Positions 25,436 to 38,622 of a stretch of DNA of 64,000 nucleotides are shown here, piece by piece. The stretch comes from Podarcis liolepis (lineage: Eukaryota). Numbering within the stretch: the stretch's first letter is position 1; every line of letters begins with the position of its first letter. Position numbers and translations under genes: made by a program. Under the pieces are notes generated by a model. That model ran no database searches. It was given only the letters and a program-made list of their open reading frames with translations, and was not told the origin of the DNA. The stretch lies in NCBI GenBank assembly GCA_965112155.1, contig OZ218112.1; one strand, 5' to 3'.

Positions 25436-25870
25436 TAGGGATAGAAGGATTTGTCAATTTTCTCATTCTCCCATCTTAAATGCAGTTCTCCATATTTCTG
25501 GAGCAATTTGATTTTAAAAAAAAATATTCTCATAAAAATTCACCAGTATTTTACTACACATTTTTCCTAATAAACACATTTTTGTATGTAGGTTTGACTA
25601 ATGTACATTTCTGCAAGCAATCCCCCCTAGTATAACACATTTTTGTAGGTTATATTCACTAATATATTCGTTTTTGTGCATACTTTCCCATTGCATATGT
25701 ATTTTTTGCAAACATTTATTGGTTGGAGAACATCACAAAAAATGAATAAGTGCAATTTTTTAAGGATGGCTGTGTTTCAGCTCTTATATTGTTTCAGAAA
25801 TTGCAGATTTGATACATTCATTTTAATATATGAGCTTAATCAACGTAATCAAATTTCTCTCCCAACCCTA
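25436..25870. mobile_element. hAT-like TAGGGATG element
   Basis: tagggatag...cccaacccta termini; body homologous to 16124-16784. Confidence 0.7.
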
Positions 25871-28671
25871 TCTGGTAGTTCATTGTAGTTCAAATGAGGG
25901 GGAAATAGAAGCCTCAATTTCATTTTGTAAGTGGCCTTCATTTTTTTCTTGGTGGAGTTAATCAATTGGATTCATACACATTGACATCACAATTTTAGTG
26001 TTCTTAAGAGGAACAGCTATGGACTTTTGGGAAACATAAAGTTACATTTCCTGGGGTTGTTTTTGTTTTGTTTTTTTAAAAAAAGTTTTAGCATCAATAT
26101 TGCTGTTCTGAAACAGAGATGGAAAGCAGAATATTTTCACTCCAAGAACAATGAGTAGCTCATAGAACTTCTCATCAATTTTCCTCTAAGATATCTTCAT
26201 AAAAAGTAGGAGAAATGCAGACATCCTATAAGAGGAACAATATTTCCTTTAAGTAGTCCCCAAAGCACTTCATTTCATTTTATACTTCCTGTAGCCTGAG
26301 CCAACCCAAGTGCTTTTGTCAGGTAAGAAAGTGGTTTATGTTGATTTAAACCCCACCTTGCCCTCTCCTTGGCCACCAAAAGTCACAAAAATATTTTCTG
26401 TTACTTCCTGAGGACACCCAGCCTTATGGGTCTTTGGTGTGCCGTTGTAGAACTGAGCTACTGTATGGACAGTAAGCTTATGAGGGTGTCCCTGGTTATC
26501 TTAAATATTGTGATGGAACATAGTCATAGGAAGGGGGAGGTACTTTGAACAGCAGATAAAGGAAGCAGGGGGAACACACTCCATACTGGCACAACAAAGA
26601 TAAAGGCTCTGTCCCAGTCTGTTCCCTCCTGTGATAGTTTTCTATATGTGAGGAGAGTTTTGTAGAGGAACATGACACATACAACCAGTTACTGTGCCAC
26701 AGTCTACTCTGCTCAGACCCCTCAGGGGACATTGTAAAGAGGGAACGAAGCCTGGCTCCACTTCTGTGGTGACTCACAAGCATGAAATCGCAAAATGCAA
26801 TTAAATACATCGCTTCTATTGCTATCCTAATGAGCACTCTGCTAGACCTTCAACTAGTTGTCTATTATCAGGTGAGAAGCAAGAATGACATGCAGACCAA
26901 AATTTAGAATACTTTCCCTCAACCTGCTGCCTTTTAACTCCCATCAGCCTTGGCAATTGGCTATGCCAGTTGAGGTTAATGAGAGTTGTCGTCTAAAACA
27001 TCTGAAGGGCACCAGGTTGAAGAAGGCTGTTTTAGAGGGGGCTGTGTCTTTTGGATAAGTATCTATAAGTGACTCTGATAAGGTTTGCAAAAAGAAGAAG
27101 AAGCATAGCCTGGGCTTGAACTTTTAAATAGCTACTTGATACAGAAACGTAACATTATTTTATAGTTGGAAGGGGCTGATGGCTTGGCAAATGCCTTTTG
27201 AGATATTGCCAATGAAAAGAACAAGATTAATATGAATGTTTGCATTTATCCAGGATTAGTCAGCTGGTTGTTGTTTTTTAAACACCCTCATTGGAAATCA
27301 ATTCATCATTCAGAAGTACCTACTGACTCTCAAATGTTACAGTACCAGTGGAGAATGAGAGTTGGTATATATTGTTATTTTATCCAGATGGTGCTGTATC
27401 CCATGAAGTTTGGGAATAGCATTAATTAATTAATATACCACTTGATGAAGCCTCAAAGTTTTTATAAATGCACTCGCTGTATGAGAAGACCTTGCAACAG
27501 GCCTACCCTGAAACCACGAAGCAGCTTTATTGAGGAAGGCATCAATAGCCATGTTTATTTGTGAACAACAAATCAACAATTCAGCCTAGCAGTAAGTGAG
27601 GCTAACGTTCAAGCTGGTTCCCATTTATGCAGGGAATCACCCTCAGGGAGGGGTTTGCAATAGATGCTGCCCCAACAACTGGTGTTTTATTTTTAAGTCT
27701 TAAAAAAGTGTTATATGTATTTTCATAAACTATTTTTCAGTTTATGTTAACAAACAACCACTTTTCAGTTTCTGAAAATACATATAACAAATAATCACCA
27801 CATACCCACACCTCCAAGAAATATTCCATGCATGTAAAATGTAACTAATACAGTCAAACATTCACAAGTTTGAGTAATAATTTAGAACTGATTACAGCAG
27901 TTTGGGAGCTTCCACTCTCCAGCTTTGGGGCTTCCATATACATTTGCATCTCTGCATAGAAACTATCATGTTTGAATATTATGCAAATCCGCGTCCTCAT
28001 TTGTCCTCTCTTTTTGGTGATACCTAAGTAGCCATTCTACTCTGCTCTCAGCATCAACTGCTACATCTTGACATCATGATGCTGAATGTTTCCTTACCTT
28101 GCCAGCAGCCAGTTGTCAAGACTTGAGAAAGTTATCATAAGTTATCACCTCAAGCTCAAAGGCCAAATGTGCCCTCCAGCCTTCTCTGTCCCTCAGATAG
28201 CGGCAGATTTTGGGCTCCCAAATGTTAGTGGCGCCCTGTGTGATTCTAAAATTTGGCACTTCCTGCCTCTTGCACTCCATTCTACATCACTGTTGCAGCT
28301 CCCACTGTGGTGCCAGTGCCTAGTGCGGCTGAACTGGTCGTGCTACCCTAAAACCGCCTCTGCCTCAGGTTATCCCCAGGCCACACCCCATATTATTTTC
28401 CCAGGCCACAACCCTCCCCACAGAAGTGGTTTTAGGGTCGCACAACTGGTTCAGCCACACTGGCTGCCACACTGCAGGGGGCACCACAACAATGGTGTAG
28501 AACCAAGAGGTGGGGCACTGTTAGCATTGCACAGGGCGCCATTGAAATTTGAGAGCCTGAAGTTCATCACTGTTGCATGGCTCTGCTTTGACACTCTTTG
28601 AGTGTTTTTGCTGGGCTGGAATGTGTCCTTGAATTCGGACTGTGTTTCTTGTTTGCCTGAATGGAGGACAG

Positions 28672-28717
<46 letters not shown>

Positions 28718-28949
28718 AAACCAAGTTAGAGTATGAAGGTAACATTCAGATTCATAGCTTTGCTCACTTTTTCCTCCAGCCTCTCAGAAGTTGCCTAAAT
28801 GGGAATGAGGCCCTTGGACTGAAACTTGCTCCTCTTCCCTGCAGTGAGTGATACAAAATGGGGAGGGGTTAATGAGACACACAGTTGCCTTGGAGGGCAA
28901 GGCTATCAGCAGCTACCCTCTTGCACTGTCAGAGGCAGTATGTCTTGAT

Positions 28950-29320
28950 GATCAGCTGTCCCTATTTTACCAGGGATGTCCCTGATTTAGAGAAGCCTTC
29001 CTGGTTTCTGATTTGATCCTGCTTTCCCTTAGGATGTCCCTATTTCCACTGGAGAAATGTCAGAGGGCATGGTAGGATGCCCCTGTTTCCATTGGAGAAA
29101 TGTTAGAGGGTACGGAGTTATCCGACTTCCAAGCCATCTGAAGGCAATTCTGTATAGAGAAGTTTTTCAAATGTTTAATGTTTTATTATGTTTCTATATA
29201 TGTTAGAAGCTGCTCAAAGGTCTGGGGCAACCCAGTAAGATGTGTTGGGTATAAATAGTAAAATTATCATTATGGAATGGGACGTCCCTATTTTCAGTGG
29301 AGAAACATTGGAGGGTATGG
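28950..29320. mobile_element. hAT-like element with triplicated subterminal unit enclosing an L2 3' fragment, inserted in a CR1 tail
   Basis: ggatgtccctatttycaytggagaaatgttrgagggyatgg x3; L2 tail sequence at about 29130-29270; CR1 3' UTR resumes at 29320-29478. Simpler copy at 53199-53336. Confidence 0.65.
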
Positions 29321-30579
29321 ACGAGTTGCTGGGAATCACAAGCGGGGAGTGGGCTTCTGTGCTCAGTTCCTTCTTGTGGGCTTCTCATAGGCATCTGGTT
29401 GGCCACTATGAGAACAGGATGCTGAACTAGAAGGGGCTTTGGCCTAATCCAGCAGGACTCTTCTTATGTTCTTATGTTCAGAGTCGGATGCATATATAAT
29501 ATCTGGTTCCAGCCTCAGAGGCCACAATGCAACACAGAGCTAAGTGTCTATAAGCCAGCTGATTTCAAAGGGCTTAAGTGTTCTTAACGCTGCATTGGAT
29601 TGTAGCCAGTGTCCATAGATCTGATCAGACATTATGGCACAGAGTAAAAGAAAAAGTCAATACTCACCAAGCGAGGTGTATGCATGGGGGAAGGGAGCTT
29701 TTCAAATTCCTCATCCATCCCTATACCCCAAGTAAGCTTCCCTTCTCTGTAGAATTGGCATGGCTTTTTTACAAGAAGATCCAGTCCCAAATGCTGACAA
29801 AACAGCACATCTAAACACAAATGCACATCTTTGTTTCAAAGTTTGCTGCTGCCAGGTGTGCATGGGAGAAATCAATTAATCTTGAGCATTTCTGATTGTA
29901 TGTTAAAAAGAGTGCATTGGTCTGTGTGTTCAAAATCAATTGTCAAAACGATTGAGGATTAATAACTCTGGAATCCTAACCTTTTATGTTCCTGCAAGGC
30001 CATGTAATAGGATGATTCAAGATCTGATGCCATATTTCATTAGTACCAGAGAGGGAAACAGATTAGGCTTTACCAGAGCTGTGTAAATAACTTGTAATAC
30101 TGTGGATACTTCTAATACTGCAAATAATGAATAATGCATTTGATGTATTTTGCCTCATGTTCTCCTGTTTCAGTAGTGGTTCGCAACACTGTTTTGCTTT
30201 GTTTTGTTTTAATTTAATTGAATCTGTGCCTGGTTACATGTTAGGTTACTTTGTGGTGGTGGATCACAAGCCACATCAGGCTGAAAAACTTTAGTGAACA
30301 AAATAAGTGACGTGTTTCTACAGTTGACCCTCTGAATATGGCATAAATGGCAATCACATATGCTCATTTGCCATTGCCTTTAATTCCTGTTTTGGATCAC
30401 CCAGCCTTTTGCTTTAATGATGAACATCACAAATTCCTATTGTGGAGAAAAAGGTGAATCTATACAACTAAATATATTTTGCCCAAAGGCCGACACATTT
30501 TGGAAAACTTTAATAATAACCATAATAATAATTGTATTATTTATACCCCACCCATCGGGCAAAAGATGTCCCATATAAT

Positions 30580-31495
30580 TGGCTCCAACTCAAGCAAGTA
30601 TATTCCTACTCTATAAAGGAGAAGGGCTCTGTTGCTTGACATTTTTAAAATCCTTTTGTTCATATACAATTTCCAGTCAAAGTGGCCTAGCTTCTAATAT
30701 ATACAAATATCTACTCAGTATAGAATCTGGCTCCTCCCATGGACTGAGATTAGTTTGTGAGAGTAACCCAGGTATTCAGACAGAGGAACATGACTGGGAA
30801 ATGTTGTGGTCCAGAGCCCTGTTAAAAACCATATCTGCAAGAATACAAGAAGTTACTCTAAAGATGCTATTGAGATGTCATTGGACTCAACTAAAGCTGA
30901 AAAAGCCACTCTAGTCTATGCTGGGGAGGCTGTGGTTCCCCTGGAATGCTACTTCATATGTGGTTGAATTGCTGCGTCATCCAGAAGTTTTGGTCTTTAG
31001 TTTCTGATATATCCATGATGACAACTCCAATGCCAACCCCAGCTCTGGTACTCCACTCCTTGGAAGGGGGCAGAAATCCCTCAATTGTTGATAAGTTCTT
31101 AGAATTCATGCTCCTAGCTGCAGACAGACTCACAGTTGCTTCTCATTGGAAATCTAACCTACCACCCCAGCTCTCAGGAGGAGTGGCTTGGAAAGATTTT
31201 AGAACACCTAATACAGCAAAGGAGAGCCCTTAGACTTTAGAGGCAAGTCAAAAATAGACTGTTTTCATTTGATGTGGCATGAATTCTTTTCCTTTGTCAA
31301 CTCAGATGCAAAATCCACTGAACCTCCAATTTCCCAGGTTACTATGTGGAGAGGTTTAGTAGAAGATTACCTTATTTTCTTATTCCTCTCCCTTGCACAT
31401 TCTATTTATGATCACTAGGTAAAACTTACTATGCTTTATTATTATTCCCCTTACTGTGAAAAGTCTATGTGTAACTTATGCTTCTTCAAAAAAGA
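30580..31495 (+). mobile_element. Degenerate L1/Tx1-clade ORF2 C-terminus and 3' UTR
   Basis: Broken frames give WEMLWS...KML...(C)WGGCG..GMLLHMWLNC..IQKFW...LLAA..LTVASHWK, the L1-clade CCHC region. Confidence 0.75.
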
Positions 31496-31546
31496 ATGTT
31501 AGTGAGTTTGATTCCAGATTATTCTGTAACTACCTACTCAAGATAA

Positions 31547-31895
31547 GGGACGTGGGTGGCACTGTGGGTTAAACCACAGAACCTAGGACTTGCCGATCAG
31601 AAGGTCAGCGGTTCGAATCCCCGCGACGGGGTGAGCTCCCGTTGCTCGGTCCCTGCTCCTGCCCACCTAGCAGTTTGAAAGCACATCAAAGTGCAAGTAG
31701 ATAAATAGGTACCGCTCCAGCAGGAAGGTAAACGGTGTTTCTGTGCACTGCTCTGGTTCGCCAGAAGTGGCTTAGTCATGCTGGCCACATGACCCAGAAG
31801 CTGTACGCCGGCTCCATCGGCCAATAAAGCGAGATGAGCGTCGCAACCCCAGAGTTGGCCATGACTGGACCTAATAGTCAGGGGTCCCTTTACTT
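31547..31895 (+). mobile_element. Sauria SINE, full length
   Basis: gggacgtgggtggc head, ggttcgaatcc B-box, TSD tacctactcaagat. Confidence 0.93.
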
Positions 31896-32162
31896 TACCT
31901 ACTCAAGATGTAAACTCCATTGAGTTCAAAGGGACTTACTCCCAAATGAAGACTGCAGCCTGATTAACCCACAAGCCTAAAATGGGGGTGGGGGTGGCAC
32001 TCATCTCCAAGTATTGACCAGTACCCCCTCCTTTTTAGGCATGTGAATATTTCAGATTGCAATCCAATCACACTTCCTAAGGGAACTGAGCTGTGTGAAA
32101 CCCACATCCAAATCATAATACTACTTTTCATTCAGATATATATTTTTTAAAATATATAAAAA

Positions 32163-32208
<46 letters not shown>

Positions 32209-33055
32209 GGCTTTCTTCTTTGTTCTGCTTGTTATTTAGGGCTGTGCTGATGGACGTTCTGAAACCAGCCGTGAAGGTTTTGACGGGGCAGCAGTGAAAA
32301 TTATGTTTCCTTTTGATCCATTATTTTTGCTTCTGTTTATATATATTTCTTTATGGGAAACCCACAACACATTTTCCAGCGAAATGCACACGTACAGTCT
32401 CAGGAGCCCAGAGTACCATTTAACTGTCATTTCCTTTGATTAACCTTCACCTGATCCTAATCCCACTCCCTTAGGCAATTTCCCTTCCCTTTGTCCTGCC
32501 ATTTAAATACCACTCTCTAGCAGGTGGGCCTATCTGTCATTAGAGGCCTGCCTATGTAATCTATATGTGTATTTTTGGATGCCACAATGCCAGCTTAGCT
32601 ACTGCGAGGCAAACAGGGAGCTGCTGTTGGCTAGTGTTATAATCGCAAAGGGGTGTTTGCAACACATTGAGAGGCGATTCAAACTGGAGGAAGGAATATA
32701 GTATAGTCCTCTCCTAGGCTTGTACTGTCTCAGAACCCACATGGATAGCAGTCTTTATATGAGGGCACATTGCCAACATTTCCCCACATATGGAAGGCTT
32801 GTGTGACTGGGGTGGGGGACAGAATCTGGGCCTGAAGGTTTTTCAAACTTTACATTTCCCTGCATACATTTTGCTGTGGAAGAGACCTATTGAAAGATGA
32901 CAAAGCATGCCTTTTTGCTTGTTTGAATGAACCCTACGGAATTTGCTCTCAGCAGTTACCCTCTGATAAACTTTTGCTTCTAGAAAATAGCCTTTAGTTA
33001 GAGCCCAGGGGTGTGCATGATGTTGGATCCAGACAAGCAGCACATTTACTTGGAA

Positions 33056-33346
33056 GATCAGAAGGTTGGCGGCTCAAATCTCCCCGACGGGGTGAGCTCC
33101 CATTGTTCGGTCCCAGCTCCTGCCAACCTAGCAGTTTGAAAGCACGTCAAAGTACAAGTAGATAAATAGGTACCGCTCCAGCGGGAAGGTAAATGACGTT
33201 TCTGTGTGCTGCTCTGGTTTGCCAGAAACGGCTTAGTCATGCTGGCCACATGACCTGGAAACTCCCTAGGCCAATAAATTGAGATGAGCGCCGCAACCCC
33301 AGAGTCGGTCACGACTGGAACTAATGGTCAGGGGTCCCTTTACCTT
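33056..33346 (+). mobile_element. Sauria SINE, 5'-truncated with a small internal deletion
   Basis: Starts at gatcagaagg; lacks the gctgtacgccgg segment seen in the other copies. Confidence 0.9.
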
Positions 33347-34386
33347 AACCGCCACTATTATCAGTTGGGCTTACTCTCACATAGGTGTGCATCGAATTTC
33401 AGTCAAATAGGATTTAAAAATCAGTACAAATAATATGAAGTGGGGTAACAGTGTAAGATAAACCTTCAAATAATTACAATTACTTGTATCCAATCTAAGC
33501 TACATGCACTTAGGTCCATTGAATTCAATGACTAAGTTCACCATTGATTTCAATGGATCAGAAACACAAATAATTACTCTAGATGTAAGTATTTATTTTA
33601 ATTTCTAGATTGCACTGCTGCCATTCTTTCATTTGAAACATATTGCTTGTGTTGTGCTTTAAATGCTGTTATTCTGCTTGCATTGGTTTTTAGGTAAGAA
33701 ATCAATTTGATTTTTTAAAAAAAATGTTTTAAGTGTTTTAATTATCGTTATAATAGTTTAACGATTTAATTGTATATTGTTTGAACTCTGTGTGAATCAC
33801 CCAGAGGACTATGTTGATTGAGCAGTCAACAAATGTTCTAAATAATTTTGATTGTCAAGGTTCTTTGCCATATAGAGGGAGTTCATATTCTGATCTCTCC
33901 CAATTTGAAGTTAGCTCACATCACCAGTTTCCAAACTCATCCTTGGGAAGGTTCTCTGAAGAATTTAATTATTCAACACTGATATACAGATCAGTTTTCA
34001 AGTCACTGATCTATGCAAAATTATTTCAAATCCAGATCCTGAGAAGTGGATCACCATTTCAGGGCCTTTTGTGCTTTTGTGCATCCAGTAGGAAACAGAT
34101 GGGGAATTTGTTAATTTATAGGTTGACTTGTAGCTTGGGATGGAGGATAATTTCATTCAGTCTGGATTTCAAAGTCAAACCCATCTAATCCATAGTTCCC
34201 AGACTTTCATGTGTATAAAATTATCATTCAGATAGTGCACTTCTCCAAAATTTGTGATGCCATTTTTATTCAAACATGTGTGCATTGTAAGAGAAATGCA
34301 CACAATTTAGAGATGATGGGTGCACAAAAATATATATTTTATGGGGTAAATATTTTTTAGTGGAAGGTACATGCAAAATGAGTATA

Positions 34387-34634
34387 CAGTGGTACCTTGG
34401 TTCTTGAACTTAATCAGTTCTGGGAGTCTGTTCAACTCCCAAAGCCTTTCAAAAACTGAGGCACAGCTTCCGATTGGCAGCAGAAGCTTCCTACACTCAA
34501 ACGGAAGCCATGTCAGATGTTCAACTTCCGAAAAACGTTCGCATTTTACTTTTGGAACATTTACTTTTGGGTTTGCGGCATTCGGGAGCTGATTTGTTTG
34601 GGAGCCAAGCCTTTCAAGTACCAAGGTACCACTG
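34387..34634. mobile_element. Tigger-like MITE nested in an older hAT-like element (about 34180-34770)
   Basis: TA-[cagtggtaccttggttcttgaa ... ttcaagtaccaaggtaccactg]-TA. Confidence 0.88.
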
Positions 34635-35419
34635 TATTGGGGGAAATGCAAATGATTTAAATAAAAAAAATTCATTTAAAATCTACAGAAAACCATACGG
34701 AGAGAAGTTAAGATCAAGCATACGTGTATGAAACTAAAGTGGGAAAAAAATAAAGTGATTTGTCTGCCACTTGCAGTAACCCAATCTGGGACTTCAGACT
34801 TCAACAGGTTATCTGCCAGGCAGTTTAATATGCATAGGAATTGACAAGTTACATTTACCCATGTAGAAATTATTGCCACATCTGTAGAACAACAGCAACA
34901 ACCAAAGACTCTACACCCAGCCGGTTTCCAATAGACTCAGTAGATGAATCTGAGGATCCAGTTGTGGTACCAGGGCAATGTGCTGAAAGATAACTATTGT
35001 TTTTAGAGTGTTTCTGTTTTGAGCTAAACATTTTAGGTTGATTCAGTAAGCAAATTCCTTGGTATGAATGCTTAGATTCTAATGCCTTTACACCTATTCA
35101 TTCATTACACATACCTTGCTTTTCCTCAGCCTAATGATGGTTCCCAGGAGACCTCCTACCCAGTCATCTTATAGGTCAACCCTGATTTGGTTCAGCAGTA
35201 GAACTGCATCTATATTCATATCATTCTCTGGGTTTTCTTTGCTGTATTCTGCTGCTCCAAGCTCTTTCACCGATCATCTTTCATTGTCCAGCCATTGCAT
35301 TTTAACCCACTATTTTGGAATCTCTGAACTGGATACACTGCCTGTTTAAAAGAGAATATCTCACATTTCTGTTTCTTAAAAAAATCAAAATACAGTGGCC
35401 TATTTTCAGTAGCTATGTG

Positions 35420-35538
35420 TTTTCTTCTTTGGCGATCACTCGTAGCTGAGTAAGATTGTCTTCCATAAACACGGTTTTAACAATGAGTCTGTAAGTGACT
35501 GTGGAGGCCAATTCTGGATCCACATGTCTTTCTACAGT
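35420..35538 (-). mobile_element. Short LINE 3' end with (GAA) tail (RTE-like?)
   Basis: CpG-retaining ttcttctttggcgatcactcgtag...; clade assignment from recall only. Confidence 0.4.
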
Positions 35539-35961
35539 ACTCTATGTATAATATGCTGGCTGGGGCTGATGAGAGTTACAGTCCAACAATATATGGAAGG
35601 CACTACATTGACTAGCCATGTGCATAGGTCCTAAATCTAGTAGCAGACAGCATGGTAGGGCTGCACTGCTCAGCTGACCTCCCACTAGTTGCATTCACTG
35701 CTGCATACTGAGAAGGAAGAGGCATTGATGTATCCAGCATGGTGCAAACATATTGGCAGGTTAGTTTCTTTTTGTACATTTGCATCACACAAGCCTCACT
35801 CCTGCCTCACCTCTCCCTTTATCCATCCTGGTAAACAGCAGTGATCCAGCTGGATCGTAGTCAGGTGTGTGGTGCAGCTCCACCACATCTACAGCTGCTT
35901 AAAACTGAGAGACCTGATTTCAAATCCCTGCTTAGGCCAAAAAAAAAAAAAAAAAGTTACT

Positions 35962-36207
35962 AGAAGGAGAAGAGTTTGGATTTGATATCCCACTTTATCA
36001 CTACCCGAAGGAATCTCAAAGTGGCTAACATTCTCCTTTTCCTTCCTCCCCCACAACAAACACTCTGTAAGGTGAGCGGGGCTGAGAGACTTCAAAGAAG
36101 TGTGATTAGCCCAAGGTCACCCAGCAGCTGCATGTGGAGGAGCGGAGACACGAACCCAGTTCCCCAGATTACGAGTCTACCACTCTTAACCACTACACCA
36201 CACTGGC
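35962..36207 (-). mobile_element. tRNA/CORE-type SINE (Squam3-like)
   Basis: Minus strand: gccagtgtggtgtagtggttaagag (A-box), ggttcg B-box, gtgaccttgggc CORE-like motif, L2-like tail. Older relatives at about 19070-19190 and 40760-40962. Confidence 0.85.
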
Positions 36208-37766
36208 ACCACACTAGATGTCCTTGGCCCATTCATTGCCTCTCAGCCTAGTCTACCTCTGCCTCTGAGAAAGAAAACAACTATGGGTGCTCTTCCTGAA
36301 CTATTAGGACAAGACCAGGATAAAAATAAAATAAATTGATTAAGATTATGATAAACACAACTGTTGAAGGAGTCTTATGCCTGCAAAACCTGGTGGATAA
36401 TCATTTGGGGAGATACCCACAGAGAATATGGGTTGATCGGTGGTATTCTAAATCGAGTAATAAATATTATGGATATAAACTCACCACATATTTTGGTCTG
36501 GATCCTAATTTAGTATGCTGGTAAACCACCCACCTCAGCCTGAGGTTATTGATAGGTTGCCTGATTCAGCTCATGTCAGTCTCTTTCTCTCCCACCCTCC
36601 CCCTGATTCAGTTTGGAGAATTCTCTCCTTCATTACTGGAATTCCTCCCACCTTTTCAGAGAAGTGGGTGATAATTGCAGCAGCCCCTCCAGTGAAAAAC
36701 ACCTGCCAAATCACAAGCGAATAGATCCAAGGGCATTTATTCTAGGCATTTAAATTCTGATTTTTTATTTTTTTTAAATCTGTTGTTTGCTTGGAGTTGG
36801 TGGAAATTTGGTAGACATTCTGAGGGCTCAACTTCTGCTAAAGTCCAGAAAGATACCTATAGTGGTTTTCTGCACAAGGACTGCTTTTACAATTTGGGGT
36901 AAGTAAAAAAGGAATCACTTATTTTTTACATGTGCTTTTTGGGCAATTGGTCTGAAAACTGTGGCCGGAAGAGGGGTTCCCTTGGGTAGGAAACCTGCCA
37001 AATTGCTCAGATCAGCCCAAGTACTAGACACATTTAAAGCTTATTTTGTGGTGGGAAAACTAAGAGAGATTTACTTTCCATGTAAAATGATCACAAGCTT
37101 GATCTGTCAGTCAGGGCAAAGCTGTTCCTTCACTATCTCCCCATTCTGGTGTTTGTTGTCTCTTTGGCCATCATTCTACCTGTGTGCTCTGATAAGGTTA
37201 GATTCATTTCTTTGGTTTTCAGTACGTGCGTCCCTGCATTTATTTATTTTTAAAAATCTGAATTGTTGAAGCACTACAAAGTGCTTCCATCTATGGCATC
37301 TCACTTCACCTCAGGATGAGGGGATCATGTACGAATGTGTCTGAATGCCATGCATATCCCCAAGAAATACTATTTTTTTTTTTAAAAAAAAAACCACTTC
37401 TATTATATATTGTAAGTTGAATGAAGGTGGGAGTGTCAAGGATGAGCAGTGCAGCTCTGGTTGTGAGAACATCAAGAATACCATGTCTTATGCAGCTCAG
37501 GACCAAGATACCTGAAAGATTACCTCATCCTAACAGTATATACCCAACCAATTACCATACTCTGCAGGAAAGCACATCCAGCAAGTATAATCTCATCAGA
37601 CAACCCATCTCACACATCTTTATCCTGGATTTAGACACTTTAGATGTCTATTTTTGTGATTGCAAGTTGTCTTAAATCGTTTTTGATAGTCTGTTTTAAT
37701 GTTGTAACCCACACTGGGACCTTGGGGTGAAGGATGGGTTAATGATGATGGTGTGAGTTTGGAGGG

Positions 37767-38622
37767 TGGGGTTAGGCTGCATGCCTGAGCCTCTTCCAAT
37801 TCTTGGATTCATCAATGATTCAATTGTTTGAATAGCCAGACTAGCTTCCTGGTGAGGTAAGGTAAAGGTAAAGGGACCGCTGACCATTAGGTCCAGTCGT
37901 GGCCGACTCTGGGGTTGCAGCGCTCATCTCGCTTCAGGCCGAGGGAGCCGGCGTACAGCTTCCAGGCCATGTGGCCAGCATGACTAAGCTACTTCTGGTG
38001 AACCAGAGCAGCGCACGGAAATGCCATTTACCTTCCCGCCGGAGCGGTACCTATTTATCTACTTGCACTTGGCCGTGCTTTCGAACTGCTAGGTTGGCAG
38101 GAGCAGGGACCAAACAACGGGAGCTCACCCCGTCGTGAGGATTCGAACCGCCAACCTTCTGATCAGCAAGCCCTAGGCTCTGTAGTTTAACCCACAGCAC
38201 CACCCGCATTCCTGGTGAGGTAATGGCCCCCTAAGTACAGGTTGTTAAGGTAACCAAAGGAAGGGGCTCTGTGCCAGAGGACAAATGGGTGGGCCCCCTT
38301 CCTTTACCTGGCTGTTGGTGAGAAGGACAAAGGCCAGACTTGTGTGGGAGAGCTAGAAGCAGGTGGTAGGCTGAAGTCTATGAGGGAGAGCCATGCTTGA
38401 TTTCTGTTGGAATCCAAGGCTGTGACTATGGGGGAAGCAACATCTTCTTGGCATGTTAATCCTGGGGGGGCCCTCCATCACAGCCTAAGTTTGTATAGAT
38501 GTGTAAATGACCCATATATCCTAAAGACTCCATTGTCCCTCATTCCCAGGAAACCAAAGTCTGGGTAAGTGCCTGGAACCCCGGTATCTCGCACTGCTTT
38601 GAGATTGGGGTGAGATGCAACA
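37767..38622 (+). mobile_element. LTR-like element split by a Sauria SINE
   Basis: Sequence on both sides of the SINE is collinear with 51591-51870 (aggctgcatg..., ggctctgtgccag..., gagctagaagcagg..., ggaatccaaggctgtg); ends ...caaca. Confidence 0.7.
37861..38210 (-). mobile_element. Sauria SINE, full length
   Basis: Consensus match; TSD ttcctggtgaggtaa. Confidence 0.93.

Noticed and set aside
28086-28601. 171-aa ORF, the longest in the ORF track
   Set aside because: Runs through hAT-like repeat sequence and has no recognisable domain.
31547-31625. tRNA-like A/B boxes in SINE heads
   Set aside because: Part of SINEs with tails and TSDs; no complete cloverleaf, so not called tRNA genes.
31597-31824. 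Recurrent similar ORFs (GAGVQLPGHVASMTK..., MADSGVAALIS...)
   Set aside because: Antisense translations of Sauria SINE copies, not a gene family.
32252-32309. Good acceptor followed by AVLMDVLKPAVKVLTGQQ*
   Set aside because: Short, unrecognised, and no linked upstream exon can be supported.
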